Shown: positions 8,585-19,958 of the stretch, in pieces
Position numbering within the stretch: the first letter of the stretch is position 1
How the letters are laid out: the number at the start of each line of letters is the position of its first letter
Assembly: GCA_022605425.2 (NCBI GenBank)
Contig: CM061249.1
Coordinates: 930,001-994,000 of the forward strand
Reading direction: 5' to 3'
DNA: 64,000 nt
Origin: Hamiltosporidium tvaerminnensis FI-OER-3-3
Taxonomy: Eukaryota; Fungi; Microsporidia
Made by a program: the position numbers and the translations under genes
Notes under the pieces: generated by a model
What the model saw: only the letters and a program-made list of their open reading frames with translations
Databases searched by the model: none
Told to the model about the DNA's origin: nothing

Positions 8585-10894
8585 TCAGTAGGTATATATT
8601 TTAAGATTATAAGAATTGATTACTTCTTTAAATTGGTTTAATTCTTGATATAAATCCTTTGAAATTTCAATTCTTACTTGTAATTTAGCTATTTTCATGA
8701 GATTATATTTAAACCATTTAATTGGAAATGAAAAAGAAGTTTTGATTTCGAAGGATAAACTTTTCAAATGTTTTAAATTTGATAGGAATTCAATATCATT
8801 CTTTGTAAGAATATTATCATAAAAAAATATATTGTCAATTAAATATTCCTTTTTTATATCAAAAAGTTCTGAAAATGAAATTTTTATAAATTTACAATCG
8901 AGAAAACACAAACTTTGGATTTTAGTACAATCTTTCAGTGCTTGTTTATCATGTATTCCTATTTCAAATCTATTAATAGACAAATTTCTTAAAAAAGGCA
9001 ATTTCTTATCTAAAAAAAATTTCAAAAGAGAGCCCTCTTCGTATCCATTACCTATATCTAATTCGATTAATGATTCAAATCTTGAAATAATAGGAAGACT
9101 GGGTTTAAACATTTTCTTTTCGATTATTTTCAATTTTTGTAAATATTTTAAATCAAGAAATTTTTCTGTATCGGGATATGTAAATAAACATAGGCTAGAA
9201 TTTCGAATATATATTAAACTCTTCAAATTTGGCAAACTGTTTATAAAATAAAATATATCTAAAGAATTTTCAAATGTATTTCCAGATAGAAATACTTTTC
9301 TTAAAGATTCGTTATTAGTATATTTGCCTTTTGGAAACAGAATTGTACATTTTAATATAAATAATTTTTTTAAATTCGGGAACATCAAAATGTTTGTTAT
9401 AAAATTATCAGTTAATCTAGAATCTGATATTTGTAGTTTTTGTATATTTAAATTTATAGAAGAATTTGAAAGCATCATTCCTTTAATGAGAACATTATTT
9501 AAAAAAATATTAACTTTTCGAATCTTATCAAGGTTTATAATTCCTATATAAAATGTAAATATAGATAGATTAAAGCATAATATATTATATGAATACACTT
9601 TAAATACGTTAGGTTGACAATCATGAATTGTAATTAAATCTTTGTTTGATTTAGTAACTAAATCGATATTGAAACACGTAATTTTATACGGTTCGAGATT
9701 GGATTTTTCTAATAAATTTGAGGTGTTTTCATAGGAGGTTATTTCTGTAAATATATAATTTTGTAGAGCATTTAGAGATGCGTAAAACTGATTTGGGAAC
9801 CCAATGCGTTTAAAGTGAGAATCATAAAAGTAAATAGATTCTAAAGATCGCAACTTCCCAAAAAAAGTCTCTGAAAATGAATGAAACCTACAACGAATAA
9901 ATATTAAATTTCTTAGAACTTTAGATACTAAAATTTCAGTTATTGTTTCAAATGAAAATACATCATTCCAATAGTAGAAACAAAATTCTTCAACACATGA
10001 AAATAAAATATTGAGCACAGAGCATGGAATTTCACAAATAAATTTATCATAAAATAAAATAATTTTTCGAAATGTAAATTTTGCAAAAATAAGTTCGAAA
10101 CTATAAATAAATTCCGGATTAGTCTTTATACTCTGCTTTATTTTATATACTAAACTCGAATTCATATAAATAAATTCTGTATGAGGAGAATAGCTTAAAT
10201 CAAAATTTTGATTTAAAATTCTTTTTACTTCGGATTCGGATTTATTTTCCTGAAATATTTTCTTGCCAAAGAATTTGATTTTTCCAAATTCATAAAAAAT
10301 TATATTCAATAATGACGGCGATACACATATTTTTATATCAGAATTGAGTTCGTTATGTGATCCATTGCGATTAAAAATAGTGGAAAGTAAAAGAATACGA
10401 ATTATTCTATGAAAAACTTTGTCTTTTTGAAATTTAAATATATCAAGTATATGCAAAAATCTCATAAAATCATGTATAATAAAATTTTCTTTATATTCAG
10501 AAGCACCATCTAAGATTTTAATGAAATATAAAAAATCTTTATATGCTAATATCTTTTGATTCAAATATATTATTATATCTGATTTATCTGTATCAGAATT
10601 TTTAAAATTGAGTAGAAAGTCATTTTTATCTGCAATAATATATTTTCTGCATTCTATGCATTTAGAATGTTCATGGTCATTAAATTTCATCTTGACATAT
10701 TTAGAAGGAGTCAATGCACTTCTATCTGTGTGACTGAATTTCTCCTGTTTAACGTATTTTTCATCATAGAAGTGAAAAACAATTTTATTATTCGCCTTTA
10801 AAAAGGTAATTAAAATAACAATAATCAAAACTACACTTGTCTTTTCATTATAAATTGATTTCATTAAAATTTTTGCTGTAGAATTTCCTAACAT
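8585..10894 (-). CDS. 769-aa LRR-like protein with hydrophobic N-terminus (expanded microsporidian family)
   Basis: Intact ORF with N-terminal VVLIIVILITFL. It has LxxLxL repeats (FPNLKKLFI, LPNLKSLIY, LKHLKSLSF) and CCCT immediately before the ATG. It is a paralog of 24110..26434. Confidence 0.88.
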   Translation of the reverse strand: MLGNSTAKILMKSIYNEKTSVVLIIVILITFLKANNKIVFHFYDEKYVKQEKFSHTDRSALTPSKYVKMKFNDHEHSKCIECRKYIIADKNDFLLNFKNSDTDKSDIIIYLNQKILAYKDFLYFIKILDGASEYKENFIIHDFMRFLHILDIFKFQKDKVFHRIIRILLLSTIFNRNGSHNELNSDIKICVSPSLLNIIFYEFGKIKFFGKKIFQENKSESEVKRILNQNFDLSYSPHTEFIYMNSSLVYKIKQSIKTNPEFIYSFELIFAKFTFRKIILFYDKFICEIPCSVLNILFSCVEEFCFYYWNDVFSFETITEILVSKVLRNLIFIRCRFHSFSETFFGKLRSLESIYFYDSHFKRIGFPNQFYASLNALQNYIFTEITSYENTSNLLEKSNLEPYKITCFNIDLVTKSNKDLITIHDCQPNVFKVYSYNILCFNLSIFTFYIGIINLDKIRKVNIFLNNVLIKGMMLSNSSINLNIQKLQISDSRLTDNFITNILMFPNLKKLFILKCTILFPKGKYTNNESLRKVFLSGNTFENSLDIFYFINSLPNLKSLIYIRNSSLCLFTYPDTEKFLDLKYLQKLKIIEKKMFKPSLPIISRFESLIELDIGNGYEEGSLLKFFLDKKLPFLRNLSINRFEIGIHDKQALKDCTKIQSLCFLDCKFIKISFSELFDIKKEYLIDNIFFYDNILTKNDIEFLSNLKHLKSLSFEIKTSFSFPIKWFKYNLMKIAKLQVRIEISKDLYQELNQFKEVINSYNLKIYTY

Positions 10895-11049
10895 AGGGTT
10901 AATAAATAAAATTGAATTTAATTTAGAAAATTAATTAAATTAAAATTCATGTTTTTTTAACCATTAATTTTGATTTAATTAATTTATTGTCAGCCGAAAG
11001 CTTTTTGATATTTAAAATACATTTTCACAATAAATAATATTTATTAGAT

Positions 11050-14000
11050 TAAAATCTTGGGAATGACGATATATCTATCTTTGAAATACCTTCTTTCACC
11101 ATATTTACAATTTTTTTTTAGAATTCCAATATTCATTTACATTTATTGTCGGCTCAGCCACTGAGATAGGGCATATAATTTATGGAGGTAATTATTGGAA
11201 TCCGTTTTTTTAGCACCATCTTCCTCTCTACTTGCTTGTTTAAAAAGGTTTTTTGTTTTTTAAAATTTTTATTCCCTTTCAATAGCACGAATTAATGCTT
11301 TCAAAGCTATTTTAGTCGTCTAGCTTGCATTCGATTCCTCTTCATCGATAAAATATGTCTTTTTAGACTATAGACCGAATATATGCCTCTATGTCTATAG
11401 GTTTTTGTAGCTCCCTTGGATCATCTTTAAGTATTTTATACCAATTCATCTAAGGTGTTATCTATAAGAAAAACTCTCCATATTAAATCATAAATAAGAT
11501 TTATTTCATTTATTATTATGTCATGCTTGATATTTCCTGAATTCCTCTGTTTCAAATTTTTGAGTTGAATCTTAAACGTGATTCTACTTCGACAAATGTT
11601 ATTTTAATTTGCCTCTTGTCGAAAAAGCATATATTGGTATATAATTCCGCATTTGACATCATAGTTTATTCTAGTTCTAATCTATCCTGTACATACTCTT
11701 CATTAGGAATTTCTTTAACAGAATGATTTCTATTTGTTTTGAAGACTTTAATTTATATCTATTCGGAAAGAGTAGGTATTGGCTCTAATTACTTCTTAAA
11801 TCGGTTATTAAAAAAGCCATAGATTTTTTGCTTGTTCAATTTCCAAATGACTTACCGTTTTACTAGACTAATTGCAGCGTTAGTCTATACACTTTTCGTT
11901 CTACATCCTAGGTTATATCCAAACACATTAAAACAATCGGTTTTTACTTTGCTGCTTCTATTTACTTTCGGAACTAGCTTTTGATTTAATCAATACTTTA
12001 CGAATGATTATTTCTAGCATCATATAGCCTTAAAATGTAGTTTTCTTTGTTCTATTTCGTTATGTGGAATTGCTGGTTGTTCTAATTTACCCTTGTGGCT
12101 CCTTTACCAATCGAATTTTACAGTAAGAAGTCATTTTTTACTACGGGATAGGATTTATTATTGTTCTTCATTCTTCGTATCGGTCATCTTGTAGCAGATG
12201 TGGCATCTGGATTTTCTGGCAATACAAAAGTTGCAAAAACATGATTTCGATTCAACCTATACATACCTATTCCAAGTCCATTGCGGGCAGGTATAGATGT
12301 TTTTTAAATTCAAGGCTTGATGTATTTTGCTCGTTGCTACCTCAGTAAGACTGCCTCACCCAACCCTCAAATTCGCATACGGGAGTCGAACCACATTTAG
12401 TTGATATATTAGATACAATATTGCCTGTTGATAAGTAGTTTTAAATAAATTTTTTGTACTTATTTTGATGTGACATGGTTTTTCCATTTTTACAATACAG
12501 CATCTCTTTTTCCATAAATAAGAAACTTTTGGGTTTCTTTGCCATTTTCCATCATTTATATGTTTGTTTACATATCCTCCTTCTTAAGGTATGAGCTTTT
12601 ATCTCTCCCGGGTGATTTATGTTCCTCTTAATTGTTAATTTTTACTTTATTTTTCAGAATACATATTGTACTTCAATTTCATTAAAGCTCGAGTATCATT
12701 TACTTCTGAAAAGTCAAGAGCATCTATAAAAAATATATAATTTATCAATCAGAAAACGTTGTTGCTATGTATTATCGTTCTTTTGCTTTTTAACTTAGTT
12801 TACAGCTTAAAATAAGAACAAAAACACGAGAACAAGAGGTGAAAAACAATACCCAGGCATAAATACACCGGCTTGTAGCTTCTGCAACTTTTTTATTGAA
12901 ATTTCACTATTATATTTCGTATCAATAAATTTTCGAATTGAATCGATAATTCGGATAGTCCATTCATTCTATTAAATATGTATGCAAGTTTTATTATTTT
13001 TTGGTTCAAAATTGATCTATACTTCTCTGGATTGTTTCTTATATTCTTAATTAGTATAACATTAAGCAGAACCTGCTTTTTACTGCCTCCAAGATTTACA
13101 TAGTATCTAGTTGGTGATGGATGCCTAACCCCGCTTTCTATTTAATACAAACGACTTTTGCAACAACCTGTAGTAAGCTTCAGATGTTCAATATCTAAAT
13201 AGTTCATCTAAACTTCAGAATCACTTTGCTGTATGGTTTTAAAACGAGGTACATCAGCTAATAATAAAACTAGCTAGTCCAAGGGGTTCTTCTAAACCCA
13301 TGCTTTCTGCCTAATCATAAATATATTGTTAACATATAAGTTTCTAAATATAGAAATCCTATATACCAAATCCGGCGGCTTTTCCGCCAGGGTGCCGAAA
13401 AATAATATATATAAGCTCCTTGTGGACAGATAACAGAGCTCAAAAAGCGTCTTAAATAGATTCTATAACATATTTTTTTAGCGAGGTGCTTAAGTATTCT
13501 TGTTCTACATTTTGAAAATAAACCTATAATTATATCTTAATTACTCAGAGGCCGATTTTAAAATCACATGTTACTTATTATAAAATCCTCCTCTGAAAAG
13601 GCCATACATACAATGGATTTTCAAAATGATTTCCTTCTTTTATACATTGTAGTTTTTTCAAATAAATATTCAAAAAGCTATTATTGTTTATCACAGTCTC
13701 AAAAATATAATTTTTCAATTCAAGTACAAATTAAATTCTTGCATAGATTTCTATATGCGTTTCGTTTCATTATTAGTGAATTTCACTGTTTTAGGTCGTT
13801 ATAAAAAAGAATATCGATTATTACAAACGATTAAAATTCTTGGTTAATAGCATTACGGCCCATTGTACACACTGGCATCTCAAATATTTTACTTTCTATA
13901 TTTTTCTATGCTTATATAAACTTCTCTGTATTTATTGTCTCGTTATAACATACCTGCGCAGCTTGTATGATATGTCGGGAATCCGTCATGGACTTATGAA

Positions 14001-14700
14001 AGGTGCATTTTAATATATTAACAAATCTATAATTAAGATTGGGAGCTTTTTTATCCGTTAATTTACCTGTGAATCTATCTAATACAAACCACATCTTCTT
14101 CAATTTGCTTTTTCGAACTTTATACATTTTGTTTATTTACTGATCTTCCGGAATTATGTGTGGGGAGGATGTTGGTCAGAAGAACTGATCTGGAAAGAAA
14201 GATGAATGACCTATATCACTCTTCATAGTCACATTTTCCCTTATTCTGGCATTAATTCATTTCGTACTTAATTTTGTAACTGATTAAGAGGTATAAGCAA
14301 TGAATTTTACATTTTTAAATATGTGAGGTCTTTCCTGATATTTTGGGACATTCATACAAACTTTGTTTGTTAAGAAAAATGTAATTCAAGATACAGTTGC
14401 TGGTCTGCTGTTACAGAATCGACTATTTTTTGTATCTAATAGATTGATTTTCCTCTAAGAGAGCGCGAACACGGTTTTTTGTTATTTTATGCGATAGATC
14501 ACAAGCAGAGAGTTTAACTGATAAGAGGGTGTTTATAAGACAAAGGCAAGGTTTCCAGCTCATTATTTTGTATGCTATTTAGTGTTTGGTTTGGTGTGAG
14601 ATGTGTCCATTGTATTGAAATTCGGGAGTAAATAACCTCTGGGTGGGGGTTACTCATAATTTTGAACTACTATTTCGCTTTTATTTATCACATCAGTGTG
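11050..14700 (-). mobile_element. Heavily degenerate, near full-length RLE-type non-LTR retrotransposon
   Basis: 11207-11250 is the reverse complement of the 3' end of element 1..790 (GAGGAAGATGGTGC). Remnants of EAYI(Q), LYLP..GLG and an N-terminal IIQAAQVCY segment are visible among many stops and frameshifts. Boundaries are approximate. Confidence 0.7.
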
Positions 14701-16707
14701 AGTTACATCCTTTTGATTCTTCTATATACTTTTTTTTCTAATATTGACGTTTTCGAATTCAATAAAATTCGATTCAAAAGTATAATTTATTTTGAATTTA
14801 CAAAAAATTGAAAATATTCCGTGAAAATAAATTTAAACAAATTTGTTAAAAAATTTATACTAAAAATATTTGCTTTTAATGAATGAACTACAAAAACGAA
14901 AACATCAAATTTTAATTTCTATTTTTTTTAAGCTTCTCTATTTCTTTACGAAGTGCAAAAATTTCTCTCCTCATTTCTATTTTCATTTGAAACATAAAAT
15001 TTCTGAGTTCTTCAATTTCTATAATTCTGCGTTTACAACTACCACATGGAAATCTTTCATCTTTAAAATTATTTTTATCATCAAAATTATTTTTATCATC
15101 AAAATTATTTTTTGTATTAAAATTATTGGGATTTGTATGTTCAAAAACGATTTCTTTCTTTCTGAATTCAGAGTTTCCATTCGAATCAAAATCATTTAAA
15201 TTTGCATTTTCAATAAAACTTTCATTACTTCTCAACTCAGAATTATTGTACGAATTAAAGTTGATAGAATTCTTATTTACAGAAGAAGTTTCTTTGTTTT
15301 TAGACTTTGATTTTTCAGAATCTAAAAAGTCATCGTTTTTCTTGAAGTTTTCTTCGAAATGACTTTGAAATTTTACAGATGAATTTTTACTCAAATCTTC
15401 GTTTTTAATGAGAGAATCTTGTTTAAAAGAAATATTAGAATTTCCAAGAAAATTTTCATTTTCTTTTTTTAGATTTTCATTTCTTATATTTGGGTTTTTA
15501 AGAGTTGGATTTTCCATTTTTCTTGGTGATTTTGATTTTTCAACAAAACTTTCATTTTCACCAGAAAAACTCTTTTCTTCATTTCCACTCTTAGTTTCGT
15601 CTGATTTTTTCTCGTTTAAAAATATTTTTTTTTCAACAAAACTTTCATTTCTACTCGAATCTCCATCACCTTTACTTTCGATTGGTTTTTCAAAATCAAA
15701 TATTTTATATTCGCCTTTTCCAGAAATAAAAATCTCACTTTTTCCATTTTCAATATAAAATCTAAAAATTCCTTCTTCGTTTACAAAATAAAAAGTTTTA
15801 CAATTCAAAATTAAAACATCTTCTACAATATGCTGTTATCTTCGTAAAATTCTTTTATTTTTTACATCTACAAAAAATATTTCTCCTTTTCCATATAAAA
15901 CCAGTATCCCATCCAAACTTACCTTTAAAAATGAAACCTCCTTACAAATACTTTTAAATCCGCCTTCTATTCTATTATTAGCTATCATAAAAAAATGAAC
16001 ACTGAAATTCTCATCAATAATTAATAAACGATCAAGACAATGCTTTACATTATTTATTTTAAAAGGAAATTCTTGTTGCTTTAAATTTGAATTAAAAATA
16101 GAAATTAAAGTTTTTTCTGAAAATAAAAATATTTGATTTTCTGAAACGACAATTATTTTGTAAAAATCATCTTTGAAAATTTCACACACAAAAATAGGTG
16201 AATTTACAGAATCCAAACCTGTTTTATTTCTTTGAATTGTCAATTCTATTTTCCATAAAATTTTATTGCTAATATAAAACAAATAACTTTTTTCTTTTCC
16301 TTTGTACCATTCATATCTATCTTCGTCCATTTTCTTTATAAATCCTTCTGTACTATAAAGTGATCTGTTCATTATATAAAAGAGTTGTCCTTTATTATTA
16401 ATGAAGTAGTCTTCGACCAAATTTGAAGTATTAAATTCTGTAATGAATGATTTTTCTCCGTTTTTAGAAATTTTATAAAAAGAAAATTTTTGTTTATCTG
16501 TAAGTCTTGCAAGTATTGGCATTAAAGGGTTTAAAGATGCATTTTATAAAGATTTTTTTAGCAAAATAATTTTTAAGAAATTTACTTCTGAAATACTAAT
16601 TCTATTATAAATTTTCCTTAAATATTTAAAGATTTGGACTCAAATTTGTTATTTTTTCTAACAAATAATTTTTAATAAATTTATTTAATAAATCTGGTAT
16701 TTCAAAT
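12308..16707 (-). repeat. Left arm of a 4.4-kb near-identical inverted segmental duplication
   Basis: It is the reverse complement of 32479..36881. Identical or near-identical ORF pairs appear in the ORF track. Confidence 0.97.
14912..16522 (-). pseudogene. Nonsense-disrupted copy of the 536-aa WD40-like/coiled-coil gene (E229*)
   Basis: Codon 229 GAA (33350-33352 in the intact copy) is TAA here (15836-15838), giving ORFs of 228 and 298 aa. Only a few other substitutions are seen. Confidence 0.9.
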
Positions 16708-16709
16708 CG

Positions 16710-17400
16710 ACAGGGGCGGATAACCACATGAAAAAACCATCTGCTTGGTAATGAGTATAAGAATTTGGTGTGAAAAATCATTATTTGGATTTATGCTGAA
16801 AAAAACCATGCACCTTTTTTAGTTGTTGATAGGTGTTTGTATGAGGAGAGGAAGTCTAAGAAATGGAGAAACTTTTTCTACAAATTTATTTGTAGTTTTT
16901 TATGTAACTAGATAAGAGAAAGCGGCTGAACTTTTAGGCAATCGCCATGTAAAAGCATGAAACCCAAGCCTTAGCGTATTCGGGTTAGAAAACTTAGCGC
17001 CTGGGTGATATAAAAATAAACACATTTAAAGCCGGGAAAGCTAAGTAGCATGTTATAGCTGTAAGGCATGGCATTGCATTTTCTAGATGCATTCTATATA
17101 AGTCGCCGTGATATATTATAGCTGAAAGTTTATAAGGTTCGGAAATTGTGAGTATGTGGAAATGCTGCATAGTCTTGGTGTGTCTAGGGTGGGTTTTGAC
17201 CTACAATCACACTCCTTTCAACTGGCATTCACAAACTTCAGGGATCTGCCTCGCCTATTAATTGAGTTGTACACACTTATTAGATTAAAGGGTTTGAGAT
17301 GTAGGCATCGTAGGGGTACCGATAGAGTTTTAGCGTAACAGTTATTTATTCTAAACCTAGAACTGCCTTAATGTCATAGAAACAATATAAGACTTGCCAA
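16710..17400 (+). repeat. Dispersed ~690-bp non-coding element, copy 2
   Basis: Colinear with the reverse complement of 834..1530. It begins CAGGGGCGGATAACC directly at the duplication breakpoint. Confidence 0.75.
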
Positions 17401-17549
17401 GATCTTACAAAGATATGATATGTTAAATAAATTAGTGCAGTTTAAAAAAAATTTATTTCCGCATTAAAATTTCCGGAATTAAAAGCGATTAAAAATTCTT
17501 TTTATATGATACTTGTTAATCCTAGAGGGCTATTTATCAAAATCAACAA

Positions 17550-18400
17550 CTGCAAATAAAAAACGACAATTACCTAGAGGCGCATTTTCCATTAGAACAA
17601 CACGATTTGGTCAAATCATGTTCTGTTGTAAATTAAACTTTAAGCGGGACAATTCTTTCTCTAGAATAATTTGTTTCCGCTGTTTGTTATATGATCAAAA
17701 CATACCGAATATTGTTTCAATACAATTGAAAACTCCAAAATTATAACTCATGACAAAATTATATCAGCCAAGAATTCTTATTTGAATTGCCATATGATGC
17801 CAAAAGAGAAATCCATGGTTTTCCAGATACAATTAGAGCAGACTCTATTAAGAATCAGATATCGCTAAAACAAAAAAATTGCTTTTAATTCTTGAAAAAA
17901 GGGGTGGACTTGGAGAAATAGTTGAATTAGACAAAACAGTTATAAACAAAAGTGCTATAATCCAGATCATCTTATTGGTCAACAATAGGTGTTTGTGCTA
18001 TTTCGAGAACAACAAAGAAAAATAAGTTCGTGAATTGTTCCAAATAGAACGTTGGGTGTTTTAAAAACCGATATATATAATATATCTCTTTAAGAAGTAC
18101 ATTATAGTACGTCGAACTTCATTCATACTTATCTATATTTAGAAATTATCAAGATTTTTTTCATGATTGAGTGAACCCTTCTGTAAATTTTGTATCAGGA
18201 TCAGGTATTCATACAAAAACAATTGAATATTTATAGTAGAGATATAAAAAGGTTCAAAAAAAACATAAATGTAACAATAAGCTTAAGTTGCATGATTAAA
18301 TTTGCGAATTTATTTTTAGAAAGAATCATCGATGCAGATTCGAAGTACATTGTTTTGAAAATTCTTGGAAGTTTATATAGTATAAAGTGGATTTATTTTA
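17550..18400 (+). mobile_element. Degenerate Merlin (IS1595/ISXO2-like) DDE transposase relic
   Basis: Hand translation gives GGLGEIVELD (~17903), VPNRT (~18037) and VNPSVNFVSGSGIHTKTIEYL* (18171-18236). These match the Merlin motifs GGxGxIVEIDE, VPNR and VNHSxNFV..G.HTQ.IE.W. Multiple stops are present. Confidence 0.75.
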
Positions 18401-18599
18401 AAAGATTTAACTTAATATGAATATCATAATAAATTTGTCATTTAAGGGTAAAAATAAAAAAGAAATCACAAAAAAGTAATTTATACCACCGTAATCAAAA
18501 GTCCAACCCTACACCCAATAATCACGTAGTGGTTTTCTATATTCTTATGATCTTTTTAATTCACTCATATTACTTCCCAAAATTATATAGAATTTAATA

Positions 18600-19800
18600 C
18601 AAACTGAATAAAGGGTCTTACTAAATTGAGGAAGATCAGTTGTTAATTGATCAAATACCTTGCATAAATATACTTAATATGTAACAAGAATCAAATAAAA
18701 TTACATTTCAAATGTTTCAACAGAGAATGTGCAAACATTAAACAATAAAACGCCAAATAAAAAATTTCGCTATAATACGCCAAATACAAGTTCTTGTCGT
18801 ATATTTTCATTTAATTTGATCCTGGTGTCATTAAAGAGATCTGATTGTAAAACCATTGGTTGTATAATGAGGTAAAAAGACTCTTATTTTTTTGAATTTA
18901 TATAAGTTTTTTAGAATTAAAATTCAATTCCTGTTGAGGATAACAGGAAGTTTTATTAAAAATTTTAGACCTCAAAAATTTACACCCTAGTTTAATAAAT
19001 CTATGCTTCTTTATAAATAATATTTCTAACACAGATCTTAACCTATTTTATTTAAATTTCTAAAATTTATGGTTAACCTTTTAGAACTTCTTTTAAATCC
19101 CAGTCTTTGAGCTTCTTTTGTATAGTTCCCGCATTGAAAAAATATGAATGCCATTAAACTCTCTCATAGAAAGTTTTTGAACCCAAGTAAGTCTGGGCTC
19201 GCGTCTTCATAAAAAAATTCAAAAAACTTCAATATTTAAGAGAAGCACGGTAAAATTAGATTTCTGCACCCAAATCAATCAGTAAGACGCCTGTATTTTT
19301 ATCATGATTGATGAATTTTCAAAGCTGATTCTTTTATTTAATCATGCCATATTCCTATAGTCAGTTTTACACCTCGATCGAGATTTCACATAAGATACGT
19401 CTTCTAGAATTTTAATATTTACTAGTTGAAGACGTATATGTATTTATGCAGGGAAACAATGATAGGTGTATAGAAACTAAAGATCTTACCCTGAAAATAT
19501 GAGTCAACGGGAAGAGTGGCCAGGTTTTAATAACATCAAACCAGAATTTCTATAAAAATATAAGGTTAGTGCGCAGATTTTAAACAACGAGTTCTCGATA
19601 ATCGATCTTAAGAAATATCAAAAAACAGAGTTGCGAAAAAGGTTTACATTTACAAACCCGAAGATAAACGACTTTTGAATTGCCAGAACTACGAATAGAT
19701 GGATGATGTACACCAAGATCTTGATAACCTGGATTATACGAAGCGAAAAGAAGGCTTCTTGGTCGATAAGGGTAAACATGAGTAGTAAACAAGAATAGGG
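18600..19800 (+). mobile_element. Possible highly decayed Ty3/gypsy pol (RNase H end) remnant
   Basis: ELRKRFTFT and NRWMMY near 19630-19710 resemble gypsy RNase H C-terminal motifs. No long ORF is present. Confidence 0.35.
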
Positions 19801-19958
19801 TTTTTAATGACTCGTAATGCTACTTGCTAACCAGGTAAATATAATTTCAAAAAAGCAAGCTAAAAATTTTTCAAGTAGATGTTTTTAAATTCAACTTTTT
19901 AGAGGATTTTATTGCCATGAGAATATAAAGCTTTAAAAATAATTTAGTTACTATTTTA

